Source: Verrucomicrobia bacterium UBA673
GTDB lineage: Bacteria > Verrucomicrobiota > Verrucomicrobiia > Limisphaerales > UBA1096
DNA: 57,832 nucleotides
Reading direction: 5' to 3'
Assembly: GCA_002299785.1 (NCBI GenBank)
Contig: DBNL01000070.1
Span: forward strand, 1-57,832
This document shows, piece by piece, positions 20,673-30,686 of this stretch. A program made the position numbers and the translations under genes. The notes below the pieces were generated by a model. That model saw nothing but the letters and a program-made list of their open reading frames with translations, ran no database searches and had not been told where the DNA came from. Each line of letters starts with the position of its first letter. The first letter of the stretch is position 1.

Positions 20673-21391
20673 TTAAGCGAGCGACTGTGCTTGGGCGGAC
20701 GCGACGGAATTTTTTCACCGGCTTGGCTGTTGTGCTGCCGGTCATTATCTCGATCGGCGTGGCGCTTTGGCTGTTCAACCAAGCGGTTGCTGTTTCCGAC
20801 ATTTTGCTTTTTCCGTTCAAGTATATTCCCGGTTTGGACGCGGAGCATATTTGGAAAGATGCCATCGACGGCAAGCCGGGCAAGGAGTTGTATTGGTGGT
20901 GGGAAGTGATTGCCATTCTCGAGGCTGTCACGTTGACCGGGCTTCTCGGTTTTTTTACACGCTATTACATTGGCAAAAAATTGGTGCAGCTAATGGATTA
21001 TATCCTGCTCAATGTGCCGCTGCTTGGGAAAATCTACGGCACGGTCAAGCAGGTCAATCAGGCGTTCGCGGGTGAGAATAAATCCAATTTCAAGCAAGTG
21101 GTTATGGTCGAGTTTCCGCGCAAGGGGCTGCACTCGGTCGGCTTCGTCACGGCCGAGCAGGTGAAAACCGACGAGGGTGAAAGCATCATCAGCATTTTCG
21201 TGCCCACTACGCCAAACCCCACCACCGGCTTCCTGCTCGTGCTGCCGGAGAGCAAAGTGGTCAAGCTAGACATGTCGGTAGCCGACGGCATCAAGTATAT
21301 CGTCAGCCTCGGCGCGGTGCCGCCGGAAAACGCGAGCGGCATTCAGGCGGCGTTCAAGTCACAGGCGGCGAGAATGTTGGCCGATGGATGA
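20669..21391 (+). CDS. DUF502-family membrane protein
   Basis: Two N-terminal TM helices and a PTTPNPTTGF motif typical of DUF502. 4-nt overlap with ybeY. Confidence 0.6.
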   Translation: MIKRATVLGRTRRNFFTGLAVVLPVIISIGVALWLFNQAVAVSDILLFPFKYIPGLDAEHIWKDAIDGKPGKELYWWWEVIAILEAVTLTGLLGFFTRYYIGKKLVQLMDYILLNVPLLGKIYGTVKQVNQAFAGENKSNFKQVVMVEFPRKGLHSVGFVTAEQVKTDEGESIISIFVPTTPNPTTGFLLVLPESKVVKLDMSVADGIKYIVSLGAVPPENASGIQAAFKSQAARMLADG

Positions 21392-22019
21392 GCGCGCCAC
21401 CGGTCTGGTCCTGCGTGTTTTTTCGCTGACAGAAACCAGTCTCGTCGTTCATTGGCTCAGCCCCGTGGCCGGCCGCATCGGCACCGTGGCCAAAGGCGCG
21501 CGTCGGCTCAAGTCCCCGTTTCGGGGCAAGCTCGACCTGTTTCACCTTGCTGAGTTCAGCTTCCGCCGCAGCCGCCGCTCCGAACTTCACACGCTTTGCG
21601 AAGTTTCGCTGACGGAGTCGTTTCCTAACCTGCGCACCGATGTCGATCTGCTCGACTGCCTCGCCCGTGCCACGAAGCTGCTGACGCGATCCACAGAGGA
21701 GCAGACTCCCCTCCAGGCCGAGTTTGACTTATTGCTTGAACTGGTGCGGCGGCTTAACGGCGGCGGGGCGGTGGAGTTTTGGCTCAGCGTGTTCGAGGTC
21801 AAGTTTCTGGTGAGTCAAGGGCAGGAGCCCGATTGGGCCAAGGCCAAGCTCGACCTCGGCACACGCGCTGTCGGCGTAAAAATGGCCTCCGCCGGCTGGG
21901 GCGACTTGGCCAGGCTGCGGCCGAGCGAGGTGCAGCTTCGACGCCTGGCCGGTTTCCTCGATACCTTCATTCGCCATCACGTTGGCCCGATTAAGTCCTT
22001 GGCCAAGCGCGCGAACTGA
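21384..22019 (+). CDS. recO: DNA repair protein RecO
   Basis: OB-fold-like N-terminus (GLVLRVFSLTETSLVVHWLS), appropriate size, and gene context. No strong catalytic motif to verify the call. Confidence 0.65.
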   Translation: MDERATGLVLRVFSLTETSLVVHWLSPVAGRIGTVAKGARRLKSPFRGKLDLFHLAEFSFRRSRRSELHTLCEVSLTESFPNLRTDVDLLDCLARATKLLTRSTEEQTPLQAEFDLLLELVRRLNGGGAVEFWLSVFEVKFLVSQGQEPDWAKAKLDLGTRAVGVKMASAGWGDLARLRPSEVQLRRLAGFLDTFIRHHVGPIKSLAKRAN

Positions 22020-22026
22020 GATCGAC

Positions 22027-24633
22027 TTACACTTCGAACGTCAGCTCGTCGTTGGCCAAGCCCACTCGGATGTGCTCGCCCGGCTTGAATTCGCCGTTTA
22101 GCAGTCGCGTGGCCAGTGGGTTGAGCAACTGCTCCTGAATGGTGCGCTTTAGCGGTCGCGCCCCGAACTGTGGATCGTAGCCCTCCCGGGCCAGCTGACG
22201 CTTGGCCTCGTTGCTGACCTCGAGCGTGAGTTGCTGCGCCTCGAGCCGCTTGGCTACTGACTTCAGTTGGATGTCTGTGATGACCGCGAGTTGCTCTTCT
22301 TCGAGGCTGTGGAATACGATTGTGTCGTCGATGCGATTGAGGAACTCTGGCCGGAAATGCTCCTTCAACTCAGCCTCGACTTTCTGCTCCATGCCCAGCC
22401 GGTCTGTGGCGCCGTCCGTTTTACCGTTGAGAAAATGTTCCTGAATGATATGGGAGCCGATGTTGCTGGTCATGATGACGATAGTGTTGCGGAAGTCGAC
22501 CGTGCGGCCCTGGCCATCGGTAAGCCGCCCATCGTCGAGTATCTGCAGGAAAATGTTGAAGACATCCGGGTGGGCCTTCTCGATTTCGTCGAACAGCACC
22601 ACGCTGTATGGCTTGCGCCGGACGGCCTCGCTGAGTTGCCCACCCTCCTCGTGACCGACGTAGCCCGGCGGTGCGCCGATGAGTCGCGCAACGGTGTGTT
22701 TTTCCATGTGCTCGCTCATGTCAATACGGATCATTGCCGATTCGTCGTCAAACAGAAACTCGGCTAGTGCGCGTGCGAGCTCGGTCTTGCCGACGCCGGT
22801 TGGCCCCATGAAAATGAATGAGCCAATCGGGCGGTCAGGATCCTGCAAACCACTCCGAGCTCGGCGCACTGCATCGGCGACGGCGCGCACCGCCTTGGCT
22901 TGGCCGATGACACGCTCGCCGATGCGCTCCTCCATCTCGACGAGTTTTTGCCGTTCGCCCTCGAGCATCTTGGTCACGTGGATGCCGGTCCACGCGGCGA
23001 CCACCTCGGCGATGTTCTCGTCGGTGACTTCTTCCTGCAACAGGCGCTTGGCCTGTCCGGATTGCTTAAGCGACACCTGCATAGAGATCAGTTTTTTCTC
23101 GAGGCCAGGGATGGTTTCGTATCGGATTTGCGCCGCCTGGTTGAGGTCGCCGTCTCGCTCGGCTTGTTCCTGTTCGCGATGGGCTTCCTCAAGTTGGCTG
23201 TTGACGATGCTGACGGCGTCGATGGATGCTTTCTCGTCTTGCCAACTCGACTTCAACTCGTTGGATTCTTTCTTCAAGTTGGCTAAAGTTTTCTCCAGCT
23301 TGGCCAGACGCTCCCTACTGGCGGCGTCCTTCTCCTTTTTCAGGGCCGTGCGCTCGATCTCGAGCTGCATGATTTGGCGCTCGAGTTGGTCGATCTCGGT
23401 CGGCATCGAGTCGAGTTCCATCCGCCGTCGCGCCGCCGCCTCGTCGATGAGGTCGATCGCCTTGTCCGGTAAAAACCGGTCGGTGATGTAGCGGTCGGAC
23501 AGGGTTGCGGCAGTGACTAGCGCGGCGTCCTGAATACGAATGCCGTGGTGAACCTCGTAGCGTTCCTTGAGTCCGCGCAAAATAGCGATGGAGTCCTCGA
23601 CAGTTGGCTCATCCACTTTCACCGGCTGGAAGCGGCGCTCGAGGGCAGGGTCTTTCTCGATATATTTGCGGTACTCGTCGAGCGTGGTCGCGCCGATGCA
23701 GCGAAGTTCGCCGCGGGCGAGTTGCGGCTTGAGCATGTTGGCTGCATCGGTTGCGCCTTCGGCAGCGCCGGCGCCGACGAGCGTATGTAGTTCGTCGATG
23801 AACAAAATAATCTGACCGTCGCTGGAGATGATTTCTTTGATGAACGCCTTGAGACGATCCTCGAATTCGCCTCGATATTTCGCGCCGGCAATCATCGCGC
23901 TGAGATCCATCACGATCAGCGTCTTGTTGTTGAGTGACTCCGGGACGTCGCCGCTGACGATGCGCCGTGCCAGGCCCTCTGCGATGGCTGTCTTGCCGAC
24001 GCCCGGCTCGCCGATGAGCACCGGATTGTTCTTCGTTCGACGGCTTAGTACCTGCATAACACGCCGAATCTCCTCGTCGCGGCCTATGATCGGATCGATT
24101 TTGCCCTGCTTGGCCAGGGCTGTCAGGTCGCGGCCGTATTTTTCCAGCGCCTGATACTTGTCCTCGGGCTTGGCATCGGTGACGCGCTGGTTGCCCCGCA
24201 CGTGGACAAGCGCATCGAGTAGGGTGTCGCGCTGGAAGTTGTGTTTTTTGAACACGCGGCCAAGCGCCGAACCACCCTTGGCCAGCAGGCCAAGTAGCAG
24301 GTGCTCGGTGCTGACATACTCGTCTTCCAGCTGCGTTGCCTCCTCCTGCGCTGCGTCGAGCGCCTGCTTCAACTCAGTGCTGAGGTACAGGTCAGCGGTG
24401 CTGGCGCCCTGTACCTTGGCGCGTTGGGCTAGCTCGCCCTTGAGATCGACCTGCAGCTTGGCCAGGTCCACCTCGATTCGCTTGAGCAGAGTGGGAATGA
24501 TGCCGTCCTGCTGCTGTGTCAGGGCCAGGGCGAGGTGCTCGCCATCGACCTCCTGCTGCGTGTGTTTATGCGCCAGTTTCTGCGCTGCCTCAATTGCTTC
24601 CTGTGATTTGATTGTCAGTTTGTCCAGTCTCAT
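22027..24633 (-). CDS. clpB: Disaggregase ClpB
   Basis: Clp N-domain repeats, two NBDs ([10 protein letters not shown]; [11 protein letters not shown]) and a long coiled-coil M-domain. No IGF/IGL ClpP-docking loop. Confidence 0.95.
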   Translation of the reverse strand: MRLDKLTIKSQEAIEAAQKLAHKHTQQEVDGEHLALALTQQQDGIIPTLLKRIEVDLAKLQVDLKGELAQRAKVQGASTADLYLSTELKQALDAAQEEATQLEDEYVSTEHLLLGLLAKGGSALGRVFKKHNFQRDTLLDALVHVRGNQRVTDAKPEDKYQALEKYGRDLTALAKQGKIDPIIGRDEEIRRVMQVLSRRTKNNPVLIGEPGVGKTAIAEGLARRIVSGDVPESLNNKTLIVMDLSAMIAGAKYRGEFEDRLKAFIKEIISSDGQIILFIDELHTLVGAGAAEGATDAANMLKPQLARGELRCIGATTLDEYRKYIEKDPALERRFQPVKVDEPTVEDSIAILRGLKERYEVHHGIRIQDAALVTAATLSDRYITDRFLPDKAIDLIDEAAARRRMELDSMPTEIDQLERQIMQLEIERTALKKEKDAASRERLAKLEKTLANLKKESNELKSSWQDEKASIDAVSIVNSQLEEAHREQEQAERDGDLNQAAQIRYETIPGLEKKLISMQVSLKQSGQAKRLLQEEVTDENIAEVVAAWTGIHVTKMLEGERQKLVEMEERIGERVIGQAKAVRAVADAVRRARSGLQDPDRPIGSFIFMGPTGVGKTELARALAEFLFDDESAMIRIDMSEHMEKHTVARLIGAPPGYVGHEEGGQLSEAVRRKPYSVVLFDEIEKAHPDVFNIFLQILDDGRLTDGQGRTVDFRNTIVIMTSNIGSHIIQEHFLNGKTDGATDRLGMEQKVEAELKEHFRPEFLNRIDDTIVFHSLEEEQLAVITDIQLKSVAKRLEAQQLTLEVSNEAKRQLAREGYDPQFGARPLKRTIQEQLLNPLATRLLNGEFKPGEHIRVGLANDELTFEV

Positions 24634-24715
24634 AGTGTCTGTTGTTGCGAACAGAACGCGGTCCGCATTACTTAATCAGATATAGTTTATACCACAAGTG
24701 GAGCTGGTGGGGAAC

Positions 24716-24742
24716 ACAAAAAAACCGGGCAGAAGCCCGGCA
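24716..24742 (-). terminator. Rho-independent terminator after the small-lipoprotein gene
   Basis: Stem CCGGGC (24725-24730) / GCCCGG (24735-24740) with loop AGAA. It is preceded on the plus strand by a short, interrupted A-rich tract (ACACAAAAAAAA), which reads as a short T-rich tract after the hairpin on the minus strand. Confidence 0.5.
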
Positions 24743-24765
24743 GGGGAAGGCTGTTTTTCTTGAAA

Positions 24766-24942
24766 TCAGCGGCGTTCCGAAATACTTCCCGGGATGCCGT
24801 GTTCCCAGGGTCGGGGCGTGTTCCAGGGTCGGGCGGACTTGTTTTCAGGGTCCGGCCCGATGCACCCCGAGGTCAGACCCAATGCCAGGCTCGCGAAGAG
24901 AATCGCGAAAAAGGAGAGGATGGCCCGGGCAAATGAACGCAT
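24766..24942 (-). CDS. Small putative lipoprotein (58 aa)
   Basis: MRSFARAILSFFAILFASLALGLTSGC gives a signal peptide plus lipobox. A terminator follows. The ORF-track start at 24966 is less likely than the Met at 24942. Confidence 0.4.
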   Translation of the reverse strand: MRSFARAILSFFAILFASLALGLTSGCIGPDPENKSARPWNTPRPWEHGIPGSISERR

Positions 24943-25079
24943 AAAGTTGCTAACGAAACAGGTCACCAGTCAGCACTGCAATAGCCATACTAAAACAAAA
25001 GAGAATGACAGGCTCTTGATTGATAACATTCTTGTTTCTGTATGCCATGAGTTAGTAGACTTCAAATAAAAGTGCCGGT

Positions 25080-25844
25080 TTAGTTGCCGACGATGACGAG
25101 GTCGCCGGTCTGTATTTCATCCTGTTTCCAGTCGGGGAGGATGTTGGCGATGCTGTGATCATTTTTGACGTCAAGAATGCGTAGTTTGCCGATGAGTTTT
25201 TCGCCTCGGCTAACGAGCAACTCGCCGTGTTCCCGAGCGCCTTGGCTTTCGCCGATGTCCAGCACGACGAAATCGAACTGTGCATCCACTGCGGTGACAG
25301 TACCGTGGAGGTTTTGTGGCAGGGTGACTTTCACTGAAGTGCCGGTGTAACGGGACAACTCAACCCCGGTTTTCTCGATTTGACTCAGAAGAATTTCGTT
25401 TTCTGCTTTAAAATTATCCCGTTGGTTGTTGACTTCGGCGAAGTTAGCCAGCTTTTGCCTGATTTGTTCCTGTGTGCCATTGGCCTGCTGGAATAGTCGC
25501 CAAGACTCACTGAACTTTCTTGCCTCAACAAGTTCGGCATTGAGCCTGTTCGCGTTAGCTTCGTGCCCGTCGGCACGCTGCCTTTGAGCGACGAGATTTT
25601 TTTCCGCTGTGCCTAATCTTTCCTTGGCGTTATTGGCTTCGGATTGAGCGTTGGTCATTAAACGTTTTGCTTCTTCCTCCGCAGCTTCTGCTTTAACCAA
25701 TTGATTTTCGGTATCTCTAAGATCATTTTCGGTGTCTGCCAAGTTGGTGCTCAGGCCGTCAATCTTGCTCTTTACATTGCTTACGGCAATGAACCCTCCC
25801 CCGAGTAATGCCAAAATTGTTAAAACTAAAAATATTCGAACCAT
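25080..25844 (-). CDS. Membrane-anchored coiled-coil protein with a small C-terminal beta-rich domain (hypothetical)
   Basis: N-terminal TM helix (IFLVLTILALLGGGFIAV), about 150 aa of heptad-rich Ala/Glu/Asn/Gln sequence, and a C-terminal roughly 80 aa of beta-strand-like sequence (GTVTAVDAQFDFVVLDIG...GKLRILDV...GDLVIV). Confidence 0.6.
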   Translation of the reverse strand: MVRIFLVLTILALLGGGFIAVSNVKSKIDGLSTNLADTENDLRDTENQLVKAEAAEEEAKRLMTNAQSEANNAKERLGTAEKNLVAQRQRADGHEANANRLNAELVEARKFSESWRLFQQANGTQEQIRQKLANFAEVNNQRDNFKAENEILLSQIEKTGVELSRYTGTSVKVTLPQNLHGTVTAVDAQFDFVVLDIGESQGAREHGELLVSRGEKLIGKLRILDVKNDHSIANILPDWKQDEIQTGDLVIVGN

Positions 25845-25935
25845 GCGATTTTATTTCCTAAAAGGACCTGCAAAATAGCGACCAGGCGGTCTGGTGTCAA
25901 CGGTCTGTTTTGAACTATTTTTGGCTGAAATACCG

Positions 25936-26655
25936 TTACAACCAAAGAAACTCTGAGCTGACCTTGTTTTGGAGCCTATCATTCCCGGCAACCATGCGGT
26001 CAGCCATGATTTGGCCTAGCGCAAACAGCACGGGCGAGGCCAGCTTTGGCTGGGTTTGCATCATGCCCCGGAACGCCTCGGTGGACATGAAGAGCAGTTG
26101 GCACCGGGTCAGGGCCAATATATCTGCTGAGCGCTGGGTTTGGCTGAACATGGCCACTTCGCCGATGAAGCTGCCAGCCTTGACCGTGGCGAGGGTGGTG
26201 TCCTGCCCCGCGGCAATAATCCGGACGCGGGTTTCACCGGAGAGGATCATGAACAGGCCGTCGCCGGGGCTGCCTTTTTTCATGATGATGCCGCCTTCCT
26301 CGATCTCCATCACAGAGCAGTGGCTGATGAACTGCTCGAGCTCCGCTTGTCCAAGTCCAGCTAGTTGGTCAAATTGCCGGAGTTGCTCAACGGTGATAGA
26401 GTCGCTGGCTTGTCCAAGTTTGGTTGGCTTGAGAAGTGGTGCCTGGCTGGCGTGGTAGCTGGCCAATGCGTCGCCGAGGGGCGGCAGTGTCTTGGCCGGT
26501 TTCCAACTGTTTACTTCCTCGCTGAACACCCAGGTATCCGGCGTTACACGACCGTCGGCAACCCACTCGAGCAGGGTAACGAGCAGCACCGGCCCGTAAA
26601 CGACGTTGTCGCTGGCCCATACCTTGTAATTAATCTCTTCATTGTCTAGCGTCAT
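25936..26655 (-). CDS. GYF_2 (DUF4339) domain plus cyclic-nucleotide-binding domain protein
   Basis: N-terminus YKVWASDNVVYGPVLLVTLLEWVADGRVTPDTWVFSEEVNSWKPAKTLPPL matches the GYF_2 pattern. C-terminus has the CAP_ED signature (GDGLFMILSGETRV...GSFIGEVAMF...RSADILA). Confidence 0.75.
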   Translation of the reverse strand: MTLDNEEINYKVWASDNVVYGPVLLVTLLEWVADGRVTPDTWVFSEEVNSWKPAKTLPPLGDALASYHASQAPLLKPTKLGQASDSITVEQLRQFDQLAGLGQAELEQFISHCSVMEIEEGGIIMKKGSPGDGLFMILSGETRVRIIAAGQDTTLATVKAGSFIGEVAMFSQTQRSADILALTRCQLLFMSTEAFRGMMQTQPKLASPVLFALGQIMADRMVAGNDRLQNKVSSEFLWL

Positions 26656-26703
26656 AAATCTATTATACCCTTCGCCGGGCTCGGCAGCGAGAGAAAAAAC
26701 GGC

Positions 26704-28374
26704 TCAACGCTTGGCCGGTTTTGAGTGGAGCGTGTTGTACAGGATCATCACCGGTGGACCGCTGCGCTCCCAGGTTTTCATGAGGAAGTCCGGCACAAAG
26801 ATTGCCTTATCCGGCCCATAGGTGTAGTTGCCCAGAGCAAGGTCGATATCGCCGTCACCGTCCACGTCACCGGCATCCATCGTGAGCCATCGACCGCTGA
26901 TGCAGGTGCGGAAGGTGTTGGCGGTGTACTTGCCGTCCTTATTTTCGAAATAAACAAAGCTCTCCCGCGGCGACTTGTTGTAGTTGGGGAAATAGGAGAC
27001 GGCAGCGATGTCGGTGTCGCCGTCCGCGTCGTAGTCGCGAGCCAGCGCGCGGAAGGCACCGTTGAGTGGCAGGAAGAGTGACTTCTCATAATTCATGCCG
27101 CCACGATTCAGGTACACGCGAATGCCGTGGTACGACTTTGGAGGAGAGGGATACTCGCCGTTGTCACCGTTGGTAACGACGAAGTCCGGCTGACCGTCGC
27201 CATTGAAGTCGGTTAACTCAAACGACGAGTGCCCATAAAGCGGATGACTTTGAAATACCATTTTCTGGGTGAACACGCCCTTGCCGTCGTTGAGGAACAA
27301 GTACATTGCCTCCACCTCCTGTGCCACCAGCGCGGCGATGTCCGGATGTCCGTCGCCGTTGAAATCGTGCACCGCCGTGCTGAGCGTGCCGGAGCGGGGC
27401 AGGAGGATATTCTCGGTATAGTCACCGTTCTCCTTTTTCTCGAACCACGAGAGTCGGCCGATGTTGTTGCCGTACATAGAGACGATCAGGTCATTGCGGC
27501 CGTCACCGTTCAGATCGGCGAAGTTGGTGTGCGTGGGGCGCGGGATCTTGGGCAGCAAGTTTTTCTTTCGGACGAACGCGCCGTTCTCGTGACGTAAGAG
27601 GGCGAGTTCGCCGAGTGGGATGTCCGACGGGGTGAAGGTGCCGATCATCGTGAGGAAAAAGTCGCCGTCGTTTTCAGCGAACCCCACCGGCACGTTGCCG
27701 ACCTGCATCGACTCCACCCAGTTGCCGTCTGAGTCAAGCACGTCGAGAAACTTGTTGATCCCGTCCGAGTGGTAAATCCGCCGGCGCACTTCGTCGATGC
27801 GCACCATGTTCACGGCGCCAACCGAGCGGCGGAACCGGCTTGGCCGTGCGGTGAACTGCATGAAATCGAGCCCGATCGGCGCGACCGGTTTTTGCGCGAC
27901 TGCCTCTTCCGGCGCCTTGGCCTTGTAATATTCAACGATGGCGAAGTAGTCCGCCTTGGTGATTAGCGGTTCTCTCAGGAACCGGCCGCTCTTCCACAGC
28001 GCATCCGCCTCGGGATGCTGGTTTACACTCTCGGGAGATAGGCCCATGCGGATGGCCATCCGGGGCATCACCTGGCTGGCCCATGTTTTTTTATCTAGCA
28101 GGTTGGGCTCGGGAAAAAGGTGACACGTGATGCAGTACTGGCGGGCCAACGCCTCCGCCCTGGCAAGATCAACCGGCTCGGCCGTCTGGCCCAGCGCGAG
28201 CCACCCAAACCAAGCGAGGGCGGCGGGCAGAGTGATTCGACGTTGGAGCCAGGCAAGCACGCCGCCATTAAGCCCGTTTAGCCAAGGAAAGAGCAAGCTA
28301 CTTGAGTTTTTTTGAACAGCGCAGCTCGTGATGGTGGGGAGTTTGCCCTTGGTCACCTTCCACTTATAAAGCAT
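26704..28374 (-). CDS. Secreted FG-GAP/VCBS-repeat (ASPIC/UnbV-like) protein with an N-terminal CxxCH motif
   Basis: Repeated DLNGDGRNDL, DFNGDGHPDI, DFNGDGQPDF, DYDADGDTDI and DVDGDGDIDL loops. CITCH sits near the N-terminus. The GTG at 28260, preceding a signal-peptide-like segment, is an alternative start. Confidence 0.75.
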   Translation of the reverse strand: MLYKWKVTKGKLPTITSCAVQKNSSSLLFPWLNGLNGGVLAWLQRRITLPAALAWFGWLALGQTAEPVDLARAEALARQYCITCHLFPEPNLLDKKTWASQVMPRMAIRMGLSPESVNQHPEADALWKSGRFLREPLITKADYFAIVEYYKAKAPEEAVAQKPVAPIGLDFMQFTARPSRFRRSVGAVNMVRIDEVRRRIYHSDGINKFLDVLDSDGNWVESMQVGNVPVGFAENDGDFFLTMIGTFTPSDIPLGELALLRHENGAFVRKKNLLPKIPRPTHTNFADLNGDGRNDLIVSMYGNNIGRLSWFEKKENGDYTENILLPRSGTLSTAVHDFNGDGHPDIAALVAQEVEAMYLFLNDGKGVFTQKMVFQSHPLYGHSSFELTDFNGDGQPDFVVTNGDNGEYPSPPKSYHGIRVYLNRGGMNYEKSLFLPLNGAFRALARDYDADGDTDIAAVSYFPNYNKSPRESFVYFENKDGKYTANTFRTCISGRWLTMDAGDVDGDGDIDLALGNYTYGPDKAIFVPDFLMKTWERSGPPVMILYNTLHSKPAKR

Positions 28375-28728
28375 CGACGTCTATCGGCGCCAGAATGATG
28401 AACCGGCCTTACCCTAATTTCTTGGAAAACTTACCGTCACTGCTGTCGCCGCACTTGGGCAAGTCCTAGGAGTATTGAGCTTGGCTAAACATTTGGCTCT
28501 GAAATACTTGACCCCTATGATAGCAAAAACGTGTCGAACAGTGGGCAATTCTGGAAACCAAAATTTATTGCATGAAAAAATTAAATAACCTAGTAAAAGA
28601 GGACTCTTGTTCAGGTGTTTAACAGGTTCTCAGAAGTGCCCAGTGCCCTAGAGGTAAAAATAAATTAAAATCATAGAAAATCCTTGCCTGCCTCGTGGTT
28701 TTCGGACATTTCTCAGTGAGTACAATTT

Positions 28729-29586
28729 ATGAAAAAGACACGACACGTGTTCCGTGCAGTCAAGGCATTCACGCTGATTGAGTTGCTGGTTGTGATCGCC
28801 ATCATCGCCATTTTGGCGGGTATGCTGTTGCCGGCACTGGCCAAGGCCAAGGCCAAGGGCGTCCAGACCGTTTGCCTGAGTAACCTCAAGCAGTGGGGGC
28901 TGGTGTGGCAATATTACACCGACGACAATGAAGGCTACTTCAGCCAAGGGATCGACGTGAAGAACATGAGCGGCTGGTGGCGTGGCGAGTGGGTGGCTTC
29001 GCTGGAAAAATTCTGGCGCAAACAGGATATTCTGCTTTGCCCCTCCGCCAAGTTGGCCCGCAGCAACCGAGGCCAAAACTATACATTAAAACCGGTTGAC
29101 AAGTACAAGAGGGATTCTTGGGATGCAGTCGGCAGCTGGAATGCCTCCTTTAAGCACGGTGGTATCTCAGGCCAGTCCATACCCACGCGGGCGAGTTACG
29201 GAAACAACAACTGGCTTTACAACGCACCGCGAGATATACAGGGCCGAAGTAAAGATTGGCATTGGCGCACGATCACCCCGTCCGGCCATGACCTGAACCA
29301 AATCCCGATGTTCATGGACATGATGTGGCGCGGCGGTGGCCCGATGAAAAGCAGAATGGCTCCGCCACAATACAACGGTGAGTGGAGCGGGTACGGGGAG
29401 GAGATGAAACATTTCGCTATGGATCGGCATAACGGCGGTATTCAGGGGGTATTCATGGACCACTCGGCAAGGCATGTGCCGATTAAGAAACTATGGAAAC
29501 TGCAGTGGCACCGAAATTGGCAGCGTGATTATGGCGGCTACAAACCGGCGTGGCCAAGGTGGATGGCGGGTTTCCCTGAGCATTGA
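28729..29586 (+). CDS. Prepilin-type N-terminal cleavage/methylation domain protein (DUF1559-like)
   Basis: [31 protein letters not shown] is the classic type IV pilin-like leader common in PVC genomes. Confidence 0.8.
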   Translation: MKKTRHVFRAVKAFTLIELLVVIAIIAILAGMLLPALAKAKAKGVQTVCLSNLKQWGLVWQYYTDDNEGYFSQGIDVKNMSGWWRGEWVASLEKFWRKQDILLCPSAKLARSNRGQNYTLKPVDKYKRDSWDAVGSWNASFKHGGISGQSIPTRASYGNNNWLYNAPRDIQGRSKDWHWRTITPSGHDLNQIPMFMDMMWRGGGPMKSRMAPPQYNGEWSGYGEEMKHFAMDRHNGGIQGVFMDHSARHVPIKKLWKLQWHRNWQRDYGGYKPAWPRWMAGFPEH

Positions 29587-29618
29587 TTTTAACCACACCA
29601 ACCAAACCAATGAGATTA

Positions 29619-29646
29619 AGCCCGGGCGGAATGTCCGGGCTTTTTT
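29619..29646 (+). terminator. Rho-independent terminator
   Basis: A 7-bp stem AGCCCGG (29619-29625) / CCGGGCT (29635-29641), a 9-nt loop, and a T6 run (29641-29646). Confidence 0.7.
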
Positions 29647-29662
29647 GCGCTTGGCCAAGCGC
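29647..29662. repeat. Perfect 16-bp palindrome GCGCTTGGCCAAGCGC (full-length copy of the window-wide motif)
   Basis: Read directly from the sequence. It is its own reverse complement, is intergenic, and abuts the terminator T-run. Confidence 0.9.
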
Positions 29663-29715
29663 TTGCCATGTGCCGCCAAGTGCGGTTGAATTCGCCGCAG
29701 TAAGCCGTTTTATCA

Positions 29716-30621
29716 ATGAGCACCAATCAAATTTCCCGCCGAGGCATCATCAAGGCCGCCGCCGGTGCGGCCCTCGCGACCGCCGCTGCTCCTGCGCAGG
29801 CACAGTTGACCCGCGCCTCAGCAACCCGAGATTACAAAATCAAAAACAAACGCATCCGCCAGTCGATCATGGGTTGGACCTTCAACCCGATGCCGACCGA
29901 CAAGCTCATCGCCACCTGCGTTGACATTGGCCTAACTGGCATCGAGGGCATCAGCCGCAAGTTTTATCCGGCCGCTCGCAAGGCAGGACTGGAAATCTCG
30001 CTCGTCGGCAGCCACGGCTTTGGCAAGGGGCCAAACGACCAGGCCAATCACCCGATGTGCATCGAGAAATTGATTGATGGCATCGATGTCGCCAAGCAGT
30101 TCAGGGCCAAGCGTGTGATCACATTTGTCGGTATGGAGACTCCCGGCATCGATCGTGAGCAGGCTATTGGCAATTGCGTCAAGGCGTGGAAACAGGTCAT
30201 TGGTCATGCCGAGAAAAACGGCATCACGATCTGCCTCGAGCACCTCAACTCCGTGGACGACAGCCACCCAATGAAGGGTCACCCCGGCTATCAGGGCGAC
30301 GATATCGAGCTTTGCATCGAGGCCATCAAGCAAGTTGGCTCGCCGAACCTCAAGCTGTTGTTCGACATTTATCACGTGCAAATCATGCACGGCGACATCA
30401 TTCGCAACATCGGCAAATACAAGGAATACATCGGCCACTACCACACCGCCGGCAACCCCGGCCGCGGTGAACTCGACGACACGCAGGAAGTTAACTACCC
30501 CGCCGTAATGCACGCAATTCTCTCCACCGGCTTCGACGGTTTCGTCGCGCAGGAGTTCATCCCCAACTGGGGCGACAAGGCCGCCGCCCTCCGGCACGCC
30601 GCCGAAGTGTGCGATGTGTAA
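29716..30621 (+). CDS. Tat-exported xylose-isomerase-like TIM-barrel protein (hydroxypyruvate isomerase family-like)
   Basis: Twin-arginine leader SRRGIIKAAAGAALATAAAPAQA. TIM-barrel motifs ICLEHLN and HYHTAGNPGRGE. Confidence 0.8.
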   Translation: MSTNQISRRGIIKAAAGAALATAAAPAQAQLTRASATRDYKIKNKRIRQSIMGWTFNPMPTDKLIATCVDIGLTGIEGISRKFYPAARKAGLEISLVGSHGFGKGPNDQANHPMCIEKLIDGIDVAKQFRAKRVITFVGMETPGIDREQAIGNCVKAWKQVIGHAEKNGITICLEHLNSVDDSHPMKGHPGYQGDDIELCIEAIKQVGSPNLKLLFDIYHVQIMHGDIIRNIGKYKEYIGHYHTAGNPGRGELDDTQEVNYPAVMHAILSTGFDGFVAQEFIPNWGDKAAALRHAAEVCDV

Positions 30622-30686
30622 GCCAAGCGCCCGCAAACCGGAGTTACATCTTTCACGGCGCGGCGGTTTTCTCTAGGCTGTCGTGC

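Noticed and set aside
24634-24715. Looked for CIRCE (TTAGCACTC-N9-GAGTGCTAA) or sigma-32-type promoter elements upstream of clpB.
   Set aside because: There is no CIRCE-like inverted repeat. Only loose CTTG / TATA-like strings are present, and they cannot be distinguished from chance.
28835-28858. Tandem GGCCAA hexamer repeats (GGCCAAGGCCAAGGCCAAGGGC), and the 12-mer tandem at 31626, considered as a possible CRISPR or microsatellite array.
   Set aside because: They are too short, have no spacers, and lie in frame within coding sequence (AKAKAKG in the pilin-like leader). They are best explained as local expansions of the TTGGCCAA-related motif. No CRISPR array is present in the window.
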